DNA of 64,000 nucleotides from Candidatus Cloacimonadota bacterium (lineage in GTDB: Bacteria; Cloacimonadota; Cloacimonadia; G963667145): NCBI GenBank assembly GCA_963676615.1, contig OY781092.1:800001-864000 (forward strand), written 5' to 3'. The notes beneath the pieces were generated by a model that made no database searches, was not told the origin of the DNA, and saw only the letters and a program-made list of their open reading frames with translations. This document shows, piece by piece, positions 1-10,526 of this stretch (position 1 is its first letter; each line of letters opens with the position of its first letter). A program made the translations under genes and the position numbers.

Positions 1-3000
1 CCACAATCTCTTTTTCGGGGGTGCTGTTCCAGCCAGCAAAAGAAAAACCAGTTCGCACCAAATCGGAGCCGCCCGCAATTTTAACCTTTTCCATAAACAA
101 GCCACTACTGTCGCTGGGCGCTGCTCCCGCTGTGCTGCCGTCGGCGTGATAGCTCACCGTATAGCTTTTTTTCTCCCACTTTGCGTAAAGCGCCAAATCT
201 TTTGCCACCATTTTGAAATCAGAACTGTAGTTTTCGCCGCTACCGTCGGCTTTCGTGTTCCAGCAAACAAAATTGTAGCCGACTTTGGAAATTCCAGATC
301 CAGAACTGATAGCAACATCTGCATCATAATCGTAATTTTCCGCCGCAGGGACATCGCCATCTCCGCCGTTTACATTGTAGGACAAGCTATATTTTTCGAC
401 TTGCCAAACGGCATAAAATTCAGCGTCTGCAACAATATAAAATGCTGATCCTTCGGCATAGGTAGCACCACTGCCATCAACTGCCGTGTTCCAACCAACA
501 AATTTGTGCCCAACTTTTGCTAAATCCCCTTTGCTTAATACCAAATATTCGTCGCCATAATTATAAGCGTCCGCATCCACTGGCACGCTGCCGCTCACTC
601 CCACTTCCGAATTTGCATAATAAGTGACCGAATAATTTTCGTTTTCCCATTTGGCTGCTAGCACAACACTTGTGTCGATTAAAACAGAATCGCTATTTTC
701 TCTAGTTAAAATGTTTTCATCTGCATCCCTTGCGTCATACCACCCAACAAAATATTTTCCAAAATATGATAAATCCCCCTTATCAGCCACTAAAACTTTC
801 GTTCCATAATCGTAAACGCTGCCAAAGGGTGCACTGCCTCCCGTGTTCCCATTGCCGTCATATCCCAAAGAAAACTGCTTAATCTCCCACTTTGCAAAAA
901 ACTCTGCGTTCTCGGCGCCAACTTTATACGACGCAAAATCAACTTTTGGCGAACTGTAATCTGCCGCAACATACCAACCGACAAAATCGAAGCCTTTTTT
1001 TTCTAGATTTGGGGGCGTCACACTGGATTGATAAGGTTTTTTAAAACTGTAAACTTGGTAGCCACCATCAGCATTTTCATCTTTGAATTCCACCAAAAAA
1101 CTATCGATTTTCCATTTAGCGTAAAGCGTCTGATTTTTGACAATCTCGTATGGGAAGCTCACCGAATTTCCCGCAAAATCTGCTGTTTCATACCAATTCT
1201 CAAAAGAGTAGCCAATTTTGTCTCCAACAGGACTTTCTTCGATGAACTCTTTGTAATTTTTCGTTATCAGTTGATTTGGAACAGCAGAGTTCCACGAAAA
1301 AGTGACGGTAAAGCTCAGAGTGTCCCATTTGGCGTAAAGCGTGTCGTTCTTGCTCACCAAAAAGCTGGCTTCGTTCAATTTGTTGCCGCTAAAATCTGAC
1401 TCAAGATACCAACCTGCAAACTCGTATCCGTATTTTTCTGCTGGATTTTGCAAAGAAATCACAGAGTTGTAAACTTCTGTTTTGCTTGGTAAAAGCGTTG
1501 AGCCATCCGCTTCTTGGAAAGCAGTGAGATAGAATTTGATTCTCCATTTGGCAAACAAAGTCGTATCAGAGCTGACCTCCAACTCATCGCCAGGGCTATA
1601 ATTTACTCCCGTTGTATCGGCTTTGCTGTTCCATCCCGCAAATGTGTGCCCCGCTTTTGCAAGACCTGCTTCGCCCAGCACAACAGCTTTTTGCCCGATT
1701 GTGTAATCTGCCGCATCCTCTGGACCAGCCCCTTGTGCACCGTTAGCGTCATAAGTTACGCGGTAATTTATCGCCTGCCAAATCGCATAAAGTTCCAAAT
1801 CTTCAGCTGGCATCGTAAAGCCTAGAGTGTAGTCGATTCCTCCACCATCTGCAGCCGTATTCCACTTCAAAAATTTGTGCCCAGCATAAGAAATTTTGCT
1901 GCCGTCTTTCAGATTTTGCACGCTTTTATACTCGGCGATCACCTCCGTTTTGGCGGAAGTGCCATCGTTATCGTAATAAGTTAGCTTATACGAGTTGATT
2001 TGCCAAACTGGATATAGCGCCAAATCGTGCTCCAAATTGACGGTCGAACCGATTGCATACGAAACTTCAGAAGCGTTCTGGCTCGCACTCCAGCCCGCAA
2101 AGCGATAACCAGTTCTGACAAGCGTTCCGCTATCCGCTACGGCAACATCCTCTTGATACAAGCCTCTAGAAGCTACTGGAGCAGCACCTTCGGTTTTTCC
2201 GTTATCGTAATAAGTTATCGCAAAACTTTTCTTTCGCCATTTCGCAAAAAGTTTGACCTCAGAAGCTGGCATTCGAAAATCTTCGGCATAATCTGCGCCC
2301 AAAGTGTCCGCCTGAGTGTTCCAGCCTGCAAAATCGTAGCCAACTCGGGACAAACCAGCTCCAGAAAGCAAACCGACTTCACTGTCAAATTCGTGATTGA
2401 AACTAGAAAAAAGATTGCCGCTACCGTCGTTTAAATAGTATTCGAGCAAATAGCTGTTAATCGACCACTGTGCGTAGAGCCTCACATCCAAGGTGTCAAC
2501 GGCAATCTCGTCATTTTCGGAATAATCGCTGCCGTCGCCATTTTCGCTTGTGTTCCAGCCGATAAAGCTGTAACCCTCTTTTGCAAGGCTTCCACTGCCT
2601 TTCACAACAATTTTATCGCCAATGTTATATGCGCTCAAATCTGTCGGAACGCTTCCGCTAACGCCCTGACCACTTCCAGCAAAATAAGTAACGCTGTAAT
2701 CTATCTTATCCCAAATGGCGTATAGCGTTATGTCCGTTTCCGAAATTGGAACACTGCTTCCAGGCGAATAAGACGCGCCAGAACCAGCCGAATTAGTGTT
2801 CCACTCCGTAAAATTGTAGCCTCTCCTGCTCAAATTTGTCGGACTCTTGACAGTCGCCAAATCTCCCTGCATATACCCCTTGTTGTCGATTGGCACAGAA
2901 CCGTCTGCACCATTTGCGCTATAAACTACCGACTTCCCCTCTTCTTTCCATTGCGCAAAAAGGCGTAAATCTTTAGCCGGAATTGGATACGAAACCCCTT

Positions 3001-6000
3001 GAGAATATTGCATTCCACTGCCATCTGCTTTCGAGTTCCAGCCATTAAAAGAGTAGCCCAATTTGCTCAAACCATCACTCGATTTTGCCACAAAGTTACT
3101 GCCATAAACAACATCTTCGCTTGAAGGCACATCGCCCTGACCAGAGTTCAAATCATAGCTCAACACAAAAGTTTTTGGCGTCAATTTGGCATACAAAACA
3201 TCGTCCGAAGCCCCCACAACATAGGAGCTAACAGCTTCGCCGCTAAAGCTTACATCGTCATACCATCCGCCGAAATCGTAGCCTTCTTTGGCATAATCTG
3301 GCAAAGTCAAAGCCAAGCCAAACTGTTTAACGCTGTCAAAAATCAAAGCGCCATCAGCCTCCTTAAAGCTCACCTTGTAAGAGTTCACCGACCACATCGC
3401 ATACAAACTCGCGCCCGTTGTGTTCATCTGATACGACGCCATATCGCCATAAGAAGCGCCGCTTCCGTCAGCCTTTGTGTTCCAATTTTTAAACGCGTGC
3501 CCAATTTTTGAAAAGCTGTTTGCTGACAAATTTTTCGTCTGCAAAAATTCAAAAGTTTGCACAGGCATTGTGCCGTCGCCACCATTTTTGTCGTAAACCA
3601 AAGAGTAGATTTTTGGGCTCCATTTAGCATACCAAACAGCGTCAGCAGTCACAGAATACGGAAAAACTATCGGTGAGCTCAAAGCAATATCGGCGCACCA
3701 TTGCAGCGAATATCCCGTCTTAACGCTGAGCGGCGCTGTCGTAATTTGAGTGTCATACAACTTTTGCACAGAAGAAAGAGCGCTGCCCCCATTTTCGACA
3801 AAACTAATCTCGTAGAAATTTATCTGCCAAACTGCGTAAAATGTAATATCTTGGCTCAAGCTAAAACCGTCTCCCTCTACAAAATCGCTGCCCGTTCCGT
3901 CCGCTTTGGAGTTCCAGCCAACAAAACTATACCCCTGTTTTTGCAAACTGCTTGCTCCTGCTACAACGACATAGCTGTTATAATCGTCAACCACAGCGCT
4001 CGGCGCTGCTCCGCTGCTGTTTCCGTTACCGTCGTAACTCAATGTGTACCGCTTAATTTGCCAAATGGCATACAATTTCAAATCTTTGGCAGGCATAGAA
4101 ATTTCGCCGCTAAAACTCTCGCCGCTACCATCTTGTGCGGTGTTCCAGCCCGCAAAACTGTAGCCAACTCGAGAAATACCAGAGCCGTCATCAATTCCAA
4201 CATTTTGAGCATAATCATAATTTTCCGCATTTGGCAAGCTACCGCTGCCGCCGTTTAGCTCGTAACTGAGCGAATATTTATTCACGCTCCAAATAGCGAA
4301 AAGAGTAATATTTTTCGCACCAAAAACTACCTTATCGTTCGCCTGAAATTGCCCGCTACCAGCTGAAATAGTATCCCAGCCGACAAAAGAGTGCCCAGTT
4401 TTCCCCAAACTGCTGGCACCCAGCACAGTCGCATTTTGCCCGATTGTGTAGGAACTATTATCGACAGGAGCACTGCCCAAATTTGCGCCATTTTTATCGT
4501 AGCTCAAATTATAAAAAATCGCTTCCCACTGCGCATACAAAGAAATTCCACCCAAAGGAACGGCGATTTTTTCGCCGCTATTATACCGCACTCCGCTACC
4601 ATCTTGTTTCGTATTCCAAGATTTAAAAATATAGCCAGCCCAAGACTGCTGGGCAGGCACAACGACCTCAGAAAGGTAATCTGCCTCAAAACTATTCGAC
4701 CAGCCGTTTCCGTTGCCGTCGAACAAAACAGAATACCGCTTTTGAGTCCATTTGGCATAAAACTCCACATCGCTCTTGACTTTGTAATCGGCGCTCACCT
4801 GATTCACGCATTCAGGCTCTAAAAACCAACCCACAAAATCGTAGCCATCTCTGGCTGCAGAAGGCAGCTGTCCAACGCTTTGATTATACTCAACTTCTCG
4901 ATAATTTTGGCTAGCACTGCCGCCTTTTGGATCAAAGCTCACCGTGTAAGAATTAACGCCCCAAATCGCATAGAGCGTAATATCTTCCGCCGCAAAAATG
5001 TAAGTAGCTCCAGCGTTATAGCGAGCGCCCGTTCCGTCAGATTTGGTGTTCCAAGAGTTGAAAGTGTAACCCAATTTGCTAGCAGAGCCAAGCGTATAGC
5101 TTGAGCCGAAATTTTGCTTTACAGCCGCCAAAGCGTCTCCGCCTTGAGCGTCGAAACTCAAAGTGTAACTATTAACATCAAAAATTGCGTAAAGCGTCAG
5201 ATTACTCGAAAGATAAAGCTGTTCACCTTGTTGATAGCGCACTCCAGAGCCGTCAGCCTTTGTGTCCCAGCCTGCAAACGAAAAGCCTGTTTTTGATAAA
5301 CTTCCTGCATCTTTAACGATAAATTTTTGATCGAAATCTAAACTCTGGCTAGCAGGAGGCTCGCCACTATCGGCATCGTTTTTCGCATAACTAAGAACAA
5401 ACTTCTCCTTCCTCCATTTTGCAAAAAATTTGGCGTCGCCGCTTACAGTATAGGGCGCCACCACTTGTGTCGAAAAGGTCGTGCTGTCTGTAAACCAGCC
5501 CTCAAAAATGTGATTTGTATAACTCGGCGATGAAAAGCTCCCAATCTGCTCACCGTAATTTTTGGTTACCTCATAGCTAGAGCTGCCGCCTCGTGCGTCA
5601 AAACTAACAGTGTAACTCTTCGCTCGCCATTGAGCGAAATATTTTGCACCGCCCAAAGGCACCGCCACCAAATCTCCTTGGTTGCAAAAACTTCCGCTAC
5701 CGTCCTGATTTTCGCTCCAGCTAACAAAATCGTAACCAACTCTATTTGGAGCATTTGGCACAAGAATATTGTTCAAATATTTTCCGCTGACCGTCTGCGA
5801 GCTAGCCCCGTTTCCGTCAAAAATCATTTCGTAAAATTTAGGATTCCACTTTGCATAAACGATCAAATTTTTCGTCACAACAAAATCGGCTTCTACCTCG
5901 CTCAAATAGCTTTCTTCTGCATACCAACCGCCAAAATCGTAGCCAGCTTTGGTCGGCTCGGGCAAATTTCCGATAATGCTATTATACGCAACAACAGTGC

Positions 6001-8728
6001 TTTCAACTCCGCAATTTCCGCCTTTTGCATCAAAAGTTACCACAAAATTTTTGGAAATCCAATTTGCGTATAAAACAACATCTTTGTCCGAAAAGACAAA
6101 ATTTTCGCCAGCCGAATAAACGCTACCAGCGCCTGACGCCTCCGTGCTCCATCGCACAAAATTGTAACCAGTTTTGATTGGCGATGGCAAAACACAACTT
6201 GTGCCAAAATCTTGAACAACTTCGGCAATTTCGTCGCCACCATCCACATCGAAGCTAAGCTTGTATTTGTTTATCCTAAAAATCAAAAACAGCGTCGTAT
6301 TTTTGGTAATTACGATTTTATCGCCTGGAAAATATTTGTTGCCAGCGCCGTCATTTTGGGAGTTCCAACTTTCTATGCTGTAACCTTTTTTTGCCAAATC
6401 GCCATAATCAGCGACAGTGTGCGCCAAATCAAAATCTTGCACAGAAGCGCTAGGACAGCTGCCACTGCTCGCCTCATTGGCGTTATAGCTCAGCGTAAAA
6501 CGCATTTTGCTCCATTTTGCAAAAAAAGTCGCATTTTCCTCAACAACATAGGGAAGCTCAACTTTTTCGGACAAACCAGCATCGAGATACCATCCTTCAA
6601 AATTGTAACGCTCTTTTTCTGAAGCTCCCAAAGATGCAATTTGCTCCGAATAATTTTTGCTGAGCGCCGTAACCGCAGTTCCGCCATTGGAATCGAAATT
6701 TACAGTGTAGCTATTTATCGCCCATTTCGCATAAACGGTTAAATTATTTTCGACAACATCGCTGGATTGCACAAGATTTTCCAAAAATGCAGAGTTAAAC
6801 CAGCCGACAAAAGTGTAGCCCGTGCGAACAGGCTCGGGCAAAACCCCCACGGCATCGCCGAACTTCCTTGGCAACGAATTTATCGAGCTTCCGCCGTTTA
6901 CATAAAAAGAAATTTGATAATCTTTGGGAATCCATTTTGCGTAGAAAGTCAGATTTTCTTCGACTTTGTAAGGCTCTACAACAGGCGTCGAGCAGTCTGC
7001 ATCCAAAAACCAACCACCAAAATCGAAGCCTGTTTTTGTCGGATCTGCTGGCAAAACCAAATCGCTGCCATACAATTGCACAACATAGCCAACCGCCGTG
7101 CCGCCTTTTGAATCAAAGGAGATTGTGTAGCTGTTTTTTTCCCAAGAAGCGTATAGCGTTAAATAAAAATCGCCAAATTTATAAGCGCTTTCGGCGGGAT
7201 ATATCAACACAGAATTGCCAGAGCGATCTTCCCAACCGACAAACCTGTGTCCCTGTTTGGTCAAATCGCCTTTAGGCTGCAGAGAAATCACCTGGTCATA
7301 AACACCAGTTTGAGTCTCTGGCACAGTCCCCACACCTCCGTTGGCGTCGTAACTAACGGCATATTTATTCCAGTTCCAAATAGCGTAAAGAGTCGTGTCG
7401 CGGCTGCCCATTTTTATCTCAAACCCAGGGTAAATAGCGTCTCCAGAGCCATCTGCCAAGTTCGACCAATGCGAAAAGCTGCTCGCCTTTTTGCTCAAAC
7501 CGTCCGCAGATTTAACCACAACAGAGCTACCTTTTTTGTAGCTATTGCCGTCTTCCACCAATCCAGTGCCGCCGTTGCTGTTATAATACACCTTATGAGC
7601 AGGAAAAGCGTAGGTCGTCACCGAAACTTTCGGTGATTTTTGCGACTCCACCCCTTCTTCGTTTACGCAACTGACTTGATAAACCTTCGTCTGCAGCTCG
7701 CCCACTGTTGTGTCCAAAAAGTCGATCTGTTTGCCCTCGTAAATCTTCTTATCCGTAACAGCCAAAAGCGACTCGCCTCGATAAACTTTGTAGCGAACAG
7801 CGCCCTTAACATCCGACCAAACAATCTTAATATCCACATAATCTATAATACTAAGGGCAGGTTTGGTTGGCGGCAAAAGAGCCAAAAAAAAGACCGCATC
7901 CGAAAAACCGCTCGACCCAATATCGTTTTTCGCCTTTACCTTATACAAATATTCAGTTCCAGGAATATACCGATTATCCAAATAAAACGCATCTTTCGTC
8001 GATCCTATATAGCCGTTGTTTCGATAAATATAATACTTCTGGACACCTTCTTCGTAATCCCAGCTCAAAAAAATCTTTCGATTTTCGTCAAACTCGACCA
8101 TAAAATTTTGCGGTTTTTCTGGTGTTTTGGGAGTTATCAACTCTCTGGCTTCCGAAACCAAACTCTCTCCGTTGCTATTCACCGCAAAAAGCTTATACGA
8201 ATACTTTTTCCCCTTTTGCAAATCTCGATCAACATAAACCGTGTCATCAATTTCCGTCAAAAGAGAATCGTTACGGAAAAGCCGATAAAACTCTGCACCC
8301 AAAACAGTATTCCAAACCACCTTAAACTCTTCGGGCGAAATAATCTCTATCGTCGAAATCTCTGGTTTGCTCGGTTTAGCCAAACATTTAGCACTCCGTT
8401 CAACCGAAAAAGGACCTTTGCTAGAGCCAGCAATCGCCCTTACTTTGTATTTATAACTCTTCCCTGGAATTAAATCTTCGTCTCGATACGAAACAGCGTT
8501 CAAGTTTTTTAAAAGAACATCGTCACGATAAACTTCATAACTCTCCGCTTTGGCAACATAATCCCACATAAGATCGATAGAGTATTCATCGTGTCCATAA
8601 ACCATAAAATTTGGAGAAGCAAGATCTACATTTGGCTCAGAGAAGGTGTTTTCGGACACTTCTGTGCAACCAAAAAAAGCTGTCACACAAAAAATCATCC
8701 AAATTAGCCAATCTCTTTTCCGTCTCAT
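1..8728 (-). CDS. Giant surface lipoprotein (>2900 aa, 3' end outside window): ~4 N-terminal FN3-like domains then roughly 30 InlB B-repeat (Listeria-Bacteroides/Flg_new) domains
   Basis: ATG at 8728 with GGAGAG RBS; translates MRRKRDWLIWMIFCVTAFFGC (lipobox-like). The same frame gives RTGFSFAGWN at the left edge and recurring GYxFxGW / LYAxW motifs. Absent from the ORF track, consistent with no stop inside the window. Confidence 0.88.
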   Translation of the reverse strand, partial: MRRKRDWLIWMIFCVTAFFGCTEVSENTFSEPNVDLASPNFMVYGHDEYSIDLMWDYVAKAESYEVYRDDVLLKNLNAVSYRDEDLIPGKSYKYKVRAIAGSSKGPFSVERSAKCLAKPSKPEISTIEIISPEEFKVVWNTVLGAEFYRLFRNDSLLTEIDDTVYVDRDLQKGKKYSYKLFAVNSNGESLVSEARELITPKTPEKPQNFMVEFDENRKIFLSWDYEEGVQKYYIYRNNGYIGSTKDAFYLDNRYIPGTEYLYKVKAKNDIGSSGFSDAVFFLALLPPTKPALSIIDYVDIKIVWSDVKGAVRYKVYRGESLLAVTDKKIYEGKQIDFLDTTVGELQTKVYQVSCVNEEGVESQKSPKVSVTTYAFPAHKVYYNSNGGTGLVEDGNSYKKGSSVVVKSADGLSKKASSFSHWSNLADGSGDAIYPGFEIKMGSRDTTLYAIWNWNKYAVSYDANGGVGTVPETQTGVYDQVISLQPKGDLTKQGHRFVGWEDRSGNSVLIYPAESAYKFGDFYLTLYASWEKNSYTISFDSKGGTAVGYVVQLYGSDLVLPADPTKTGFDFGGWFLDADCSTPVVEPYKVEENLTFYAKWIPKDYQISFYVNGGSSINSLPRKFGDAVGVLPEPVRTGYTFVGWFNSAFLENLVQSSDVVENNLTVYAKWAINSYTVNFDSNGGTAVTALSKNYSEQIASLGASEKERYNFEGWYLDAGLSEKVELPYVVEENATFFAKWSKMRFTLSYNANEASSGSCPSASVQDFDLAHTVADYGDLAKKGYSIESWNSQNDGAGNKYFPGDKIVITKNTTLFLIFRINKYKLSFDVDGGDEIAEVVQDFGTSCVLPSPIKTGYNFVRWSTEASGAGSVYSAGENFVFSDKDVVLYANWISKNFVVTFDAKGGNCGVESTVVAYNSIIGNLPEPTKAGYDFGGWYAEESYLSEVEADFVVTKNLIVYAKWNPKFYEMIFDGNGASSQTVSGKYLNNILVPNAPNRVGYDFVSWSENQDGSGSFCNQGDLVAVPLGGAKYFAQWRAKSYTVSFDARGGSSSYEVTKNYGEQIGSFSSPSYTNHIFEGWFTDSTTFSTQVVAPYTVSGDAKFFAKWRKEKFVLSYAKNDADSGEPPASQSLDFDQKFIVKDAGSLSKTGFSFAGWDTKADGSGVRYQQGEQLYLSSNLTLYAIFDVNSYTLSFDAQGGDALAAVKQNFGSSYTLGSASKLGYTFNSWNTKSDGTGARYNAGATYIFAAEDITLYAIWGVNSYTVSFDPKGGSASQNYREVEYNQSVGQLPSAARDGYDFVGWFLEPECVNQVSADYKVKSDVEFYAKWTQKRYSVLFDGNGNGWSNSFEADYLSEVVVPAQQSWAGYIFKSWNTKQDGSGVRYNSGEKIAVPLGGISLYAQWEAIFYNLSYDKNGANLGSAPVDNSSYTIGQNATVLGASSLGKTGHSFVGWDTISAGSGQFQANDKVVFGAKNITLFAIWSVNKYSLSYELNGGSGSLPNAENYDYAQNVGIDDGSGISRVGYSFAGWNTAQDGSGESFSGEISMPAKDLKLYAIWQIKRYTLSYDGNGNSSGAAPSAVVDDYNSYVVVAGASSLQKQGYSFVGWNSKADGTGSDFVEGDGFSLSQDITFYAVWQINFYEISFVENGGSALSSVQKLYDTQITTAPLSVKTGYSLQWCADIALSSPIVFPYSVTADAVWYAKWSPKIYSLVYDKNGGDGTMPVQTFEFLQTKNLSANSFSKIGHAFKNWNTKADGSGASYGDMASYQMNTTGASLYAMWSVNSYKVSFKEADGALIFDSVKQFGLALTLPDYAKEGYDFGGWYDDVSFSGEAVSSYVVGASDDVLYAKLTPKTFVLSYDLNSGQGDVPSSEDVVYGSNFVAKSSDGLSKLGYSFNGWNSKADGSGMQYSQGVSYPIPAKDLRLFAQWKEEGKSVVYSANGADGSVPIDNKGYMQGDLATVKSPTNLSRRGYNFTEWNTNSAGSGASYSPGSSVPISETDITLYAIWDKIDYSVTYFAGSGQGVSGSVPTDLSAYNIGDKIVVKGSGSLAKEGYSFIGWNTSENGDGSDYSENDEIAVDTLDVRLYAQWSINSYLLEYYLNDGSGNLFSSFNHEFDSEVGLLSGAGLSRVGYDFAGWNTQADTLGADYAEDFRMPASEVKLFAKWRKKSFAITYYDNGKTEGAAPVASRGLYQEDVAVADSGTLVRTGYRFAGWSASQNASEVSYAIGSTVNLEHDLALYPVWQINSYKLTYYDNDGTSAKTEVIAEYKSVQNLKDGSKISYAGHKFLKWNTAADGGGIDYTLGFTMPAEDLELYAIWQAINYRVTYDANGAQGAGPEDAADYTIGQKAVVLGEAGLAKAGHTFAGWNSKADTTGVNYSPGDELEVSSDTTLFAKWRIKFYLTAFQEADGSTLLPSKTEVYNSVISLQNPAEKYGYEFAGWYLESDFSGNKLNEASFLVSKNDTLYAKWDTLSFTVTFSWNSAVPNQLITKNYKEFIEESPVGDKIGYSFENWYETADFAGNSVSFPYEIVKNQTLYAKWKIDSFLVEFKDENADGGYQVYSFKKPYQSSVTPPNLEKKGFDFVGWYVAADYSSPKVDFASYKVGAENAEFFAKWEIKQFSLGYDGNGNTGGSAPFGSVYDYGTKVLVADKGDLSYFGKYFVGWYDARDADENILTRENSDSVLIDTSVVLAAKWENENYSVTYYANSEVGVSGSVPVDADAYNYGDEYLVLSKGDLAKVGHKFVGWNTAVDGSGATYAEGSAFYIVADAEFYAVWQVEKYSLSYNVNGGDGDVPAAENYDYDADVAISSGSGISKVGYNFVCWNTKADGSGENYSSDFKMVAKDLALYAKWEKKSYTVSYHADGSTAGAAPSDSSGLFMEKVKIAGGSDLVRTGFSFAGWNSTPEKEIV

Positions 8729-8838
8729 TTTCTCTCCAATTTTTTTTGCAGTTATACACCACACCCATTATGTTGAAAATATCCAAATAAAGAGAAAATG
8801 TCAAGCAAATAAATCGCTTAATTACTATAAAATTCAAT

Positions 8839-8866
8839 AAAAAAGCCGCAAAAAAAATCTGCGGCT
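8839..8866 (-). terminator. Probable intrinsic terminator after the peptidase gene
   Basis: AGCCGCA...TGCGGCT stem followed by a T-run on the minus strand. Confidence 0.6.
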
Positions 8867-8888
8867 AAATTTTTTACTTTTTTTTAAT

Positions 8889-10526
8889 TTACTTCGCCAC
8901 CACGGTTAATCTCAAATCTTCGTCCTGCATCATAATTTCAAAAGAGTAGCTTCCCGCAGGCAACCCTTCTTTTACCAAATAGTACTTATTCGCCAAAGGC
9001 TTAATGTATTCTATATCGTTCAAACTGAATACTTTAGGCTCACTATTTTGAAAAGCGTAGGCGTCTATATTAACAAGAGAGTAATCAACTCCATTTAAAC
9101 TGCTTGTAGTATCCGCATTATAATCAAAATCCCCACTGCTAACGCTTTTATCTGACAGCAAATACGCCGCAGCCCAATTTCGCATCAAAGTAACAAAATT
9201 TCCCCCCGTCGCCTGCTCAATTGCGTCTGTGGAGCTTTTGCCCTGGTCATAAATTTCTTTGACGAAATTGGCACCATCAAACTGTCGCAGAAGATATGAG
9301 CCAAACCCATAATTGATTGCGTAATACCGAGTATCGCTCTCCCATCTGCCCAAAGAATAATCGTCGTTTTCGTTTAACTCCACAAAGCGAGAATAGTATG
9401 GCGACGAGTAATAATTCCCATAAATGTTATAAGCCACCAAATCTTCGATGCTCATCGAAAGCATCTCGTTGAGCCAAGTCGCCTCATAAACATCTCTTAA
9501 AACAACAAGTTGATAAAAATTTATCATATGCTGAAACTCGTGCGCCAGAGTGGATATCATCTCTCGTGGATAAGGGTCGTCCACTTTCCAGCCAGAATCT
9601 CCGTCATCTGCATTTGCATAAATAAGCGCATCAATATAAAACATCACTCGCTGGTTTGAATATGTCTCTGTAGCGGTAGTAAAACAGTTCCCAGACCAAA
9701 AATAACCGAGCACACCGCCAGTTGTCTCGTTGTCATCTTCAATATCGCAAAGCAAAATATCTATCGGCTGATTATCTCCAATCAAATTTGAGTATTTATG
9801 CTCACCCCACTCTTTGCCACAAATATTGGTCACCCAATCGTAAATATCGTTGTTTTCCCCAGACTTCAAAAACTTTTCCGCCATCGTATCCACCATATCT
9901 TGAGTTATCAACTTAGGTTTTGAGCCGCCACTATGCCAACAGTTATCTGCCACCCAAATATTAAGAGTTTTTTGACCAAATTTTGTAGTAACATTAGACA
10001 CAATTTTGCGACAATGAGAGGCAACCTGGCGAACCCCTTCGGCAACTTCCCAGAATTTTTCGAACTCTCCCACAGAAGCCGAAGCCATAACGCTAGATTT
10101 CAAAATATTTTTAGCCAATTTTCTGTCCGCTTTGCTCAACTTGCCCACCGCTGGCAAAACTGGATCGACAAAATTTGACCTAAAGCCTGCCGAACTTTTC
10201 GACATCAACAAATTAAGATTTTGGCTAAACGCTATATCGCTGCTACTCACAGAGTAATCTTCCGCATCCACTCTAGCAGCGGCGTTAGCGTTCGTAAAAA
10301 CGAAATAGAGATCGCTTTGCGACTGAAGATTTAGCTTCAAATTTATCTTTTTGCTACCTTTGCTATCCACCAAAAGAGCGTCTGGAATGACCAAACTCAA
10401 ATCATCGTTAATTTCGGAATCTGAATCCGAATCGCCCTCGAAAAACGAACACCCAAGCGCAAGCAAAATCAGAGCAACAGCCAAACCGTTTCTAAAAATT
10501 TTCACAAAACTTCTTTTTTTAAACAT
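8889..10526 (-). CDS. Lipoprotein zinc metallopeptidase, M30 (hyicolysin)-like
   Basis: LALGC lipobox; HEFQH zinc motif followed by WLNE. Confidence 0.75.
   Translation of the reverse strand: MFKKRSFVKIFRNGLAVALILLALGCSFFEGDSDSDSEINDDLSLVIPDALLVDSKGSKKINLKLNLQSQSDLYFVFTNANAAARVDAEDYSVSSSDIAFSQNLNLLMSKSSAGFRSNFVDPVLPAVGKLSKADRKLAKNILKSSVMASASVGEFEKFWEVAEGVRQVASHCRKIVSNVTTKFGQKTLNIWVADNCWHSGGSKPKLITQDMVDTMAEKFLKSGENNDIYDWVTNICGKEWGEHKYSNLIGDNQPIDILLCDIEDDNETTGGVLGYFWSGNCFTTATETYSNQRVMFYIDALIYANADDGDSGWKVDDPYPREMISTLAHEFQHMINFYQLVVLRDVYEATWLNEMLSMSIEDLVAYNIYGNYYSSPYYSRFVELNENDDYSLGRWESDTRYYAINYGFGSYLLRQFDGANFVKEIYDQGKSSTDAIEQATGGNFVTLMRNWAAAYLLSDKSVSSGDFDYNADTTSSLNGVDYSLVNIDAYAFQNSEPKVFSLNDIEYIKPLANKYYLVKEGLPAGSYSFEIMMQDEDLRLTVVAK

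Noticed and set aside
146..8473. Many short ORFs at the left end
   Set aside because: All overlap the giant minus-strand lipoprotein frame.
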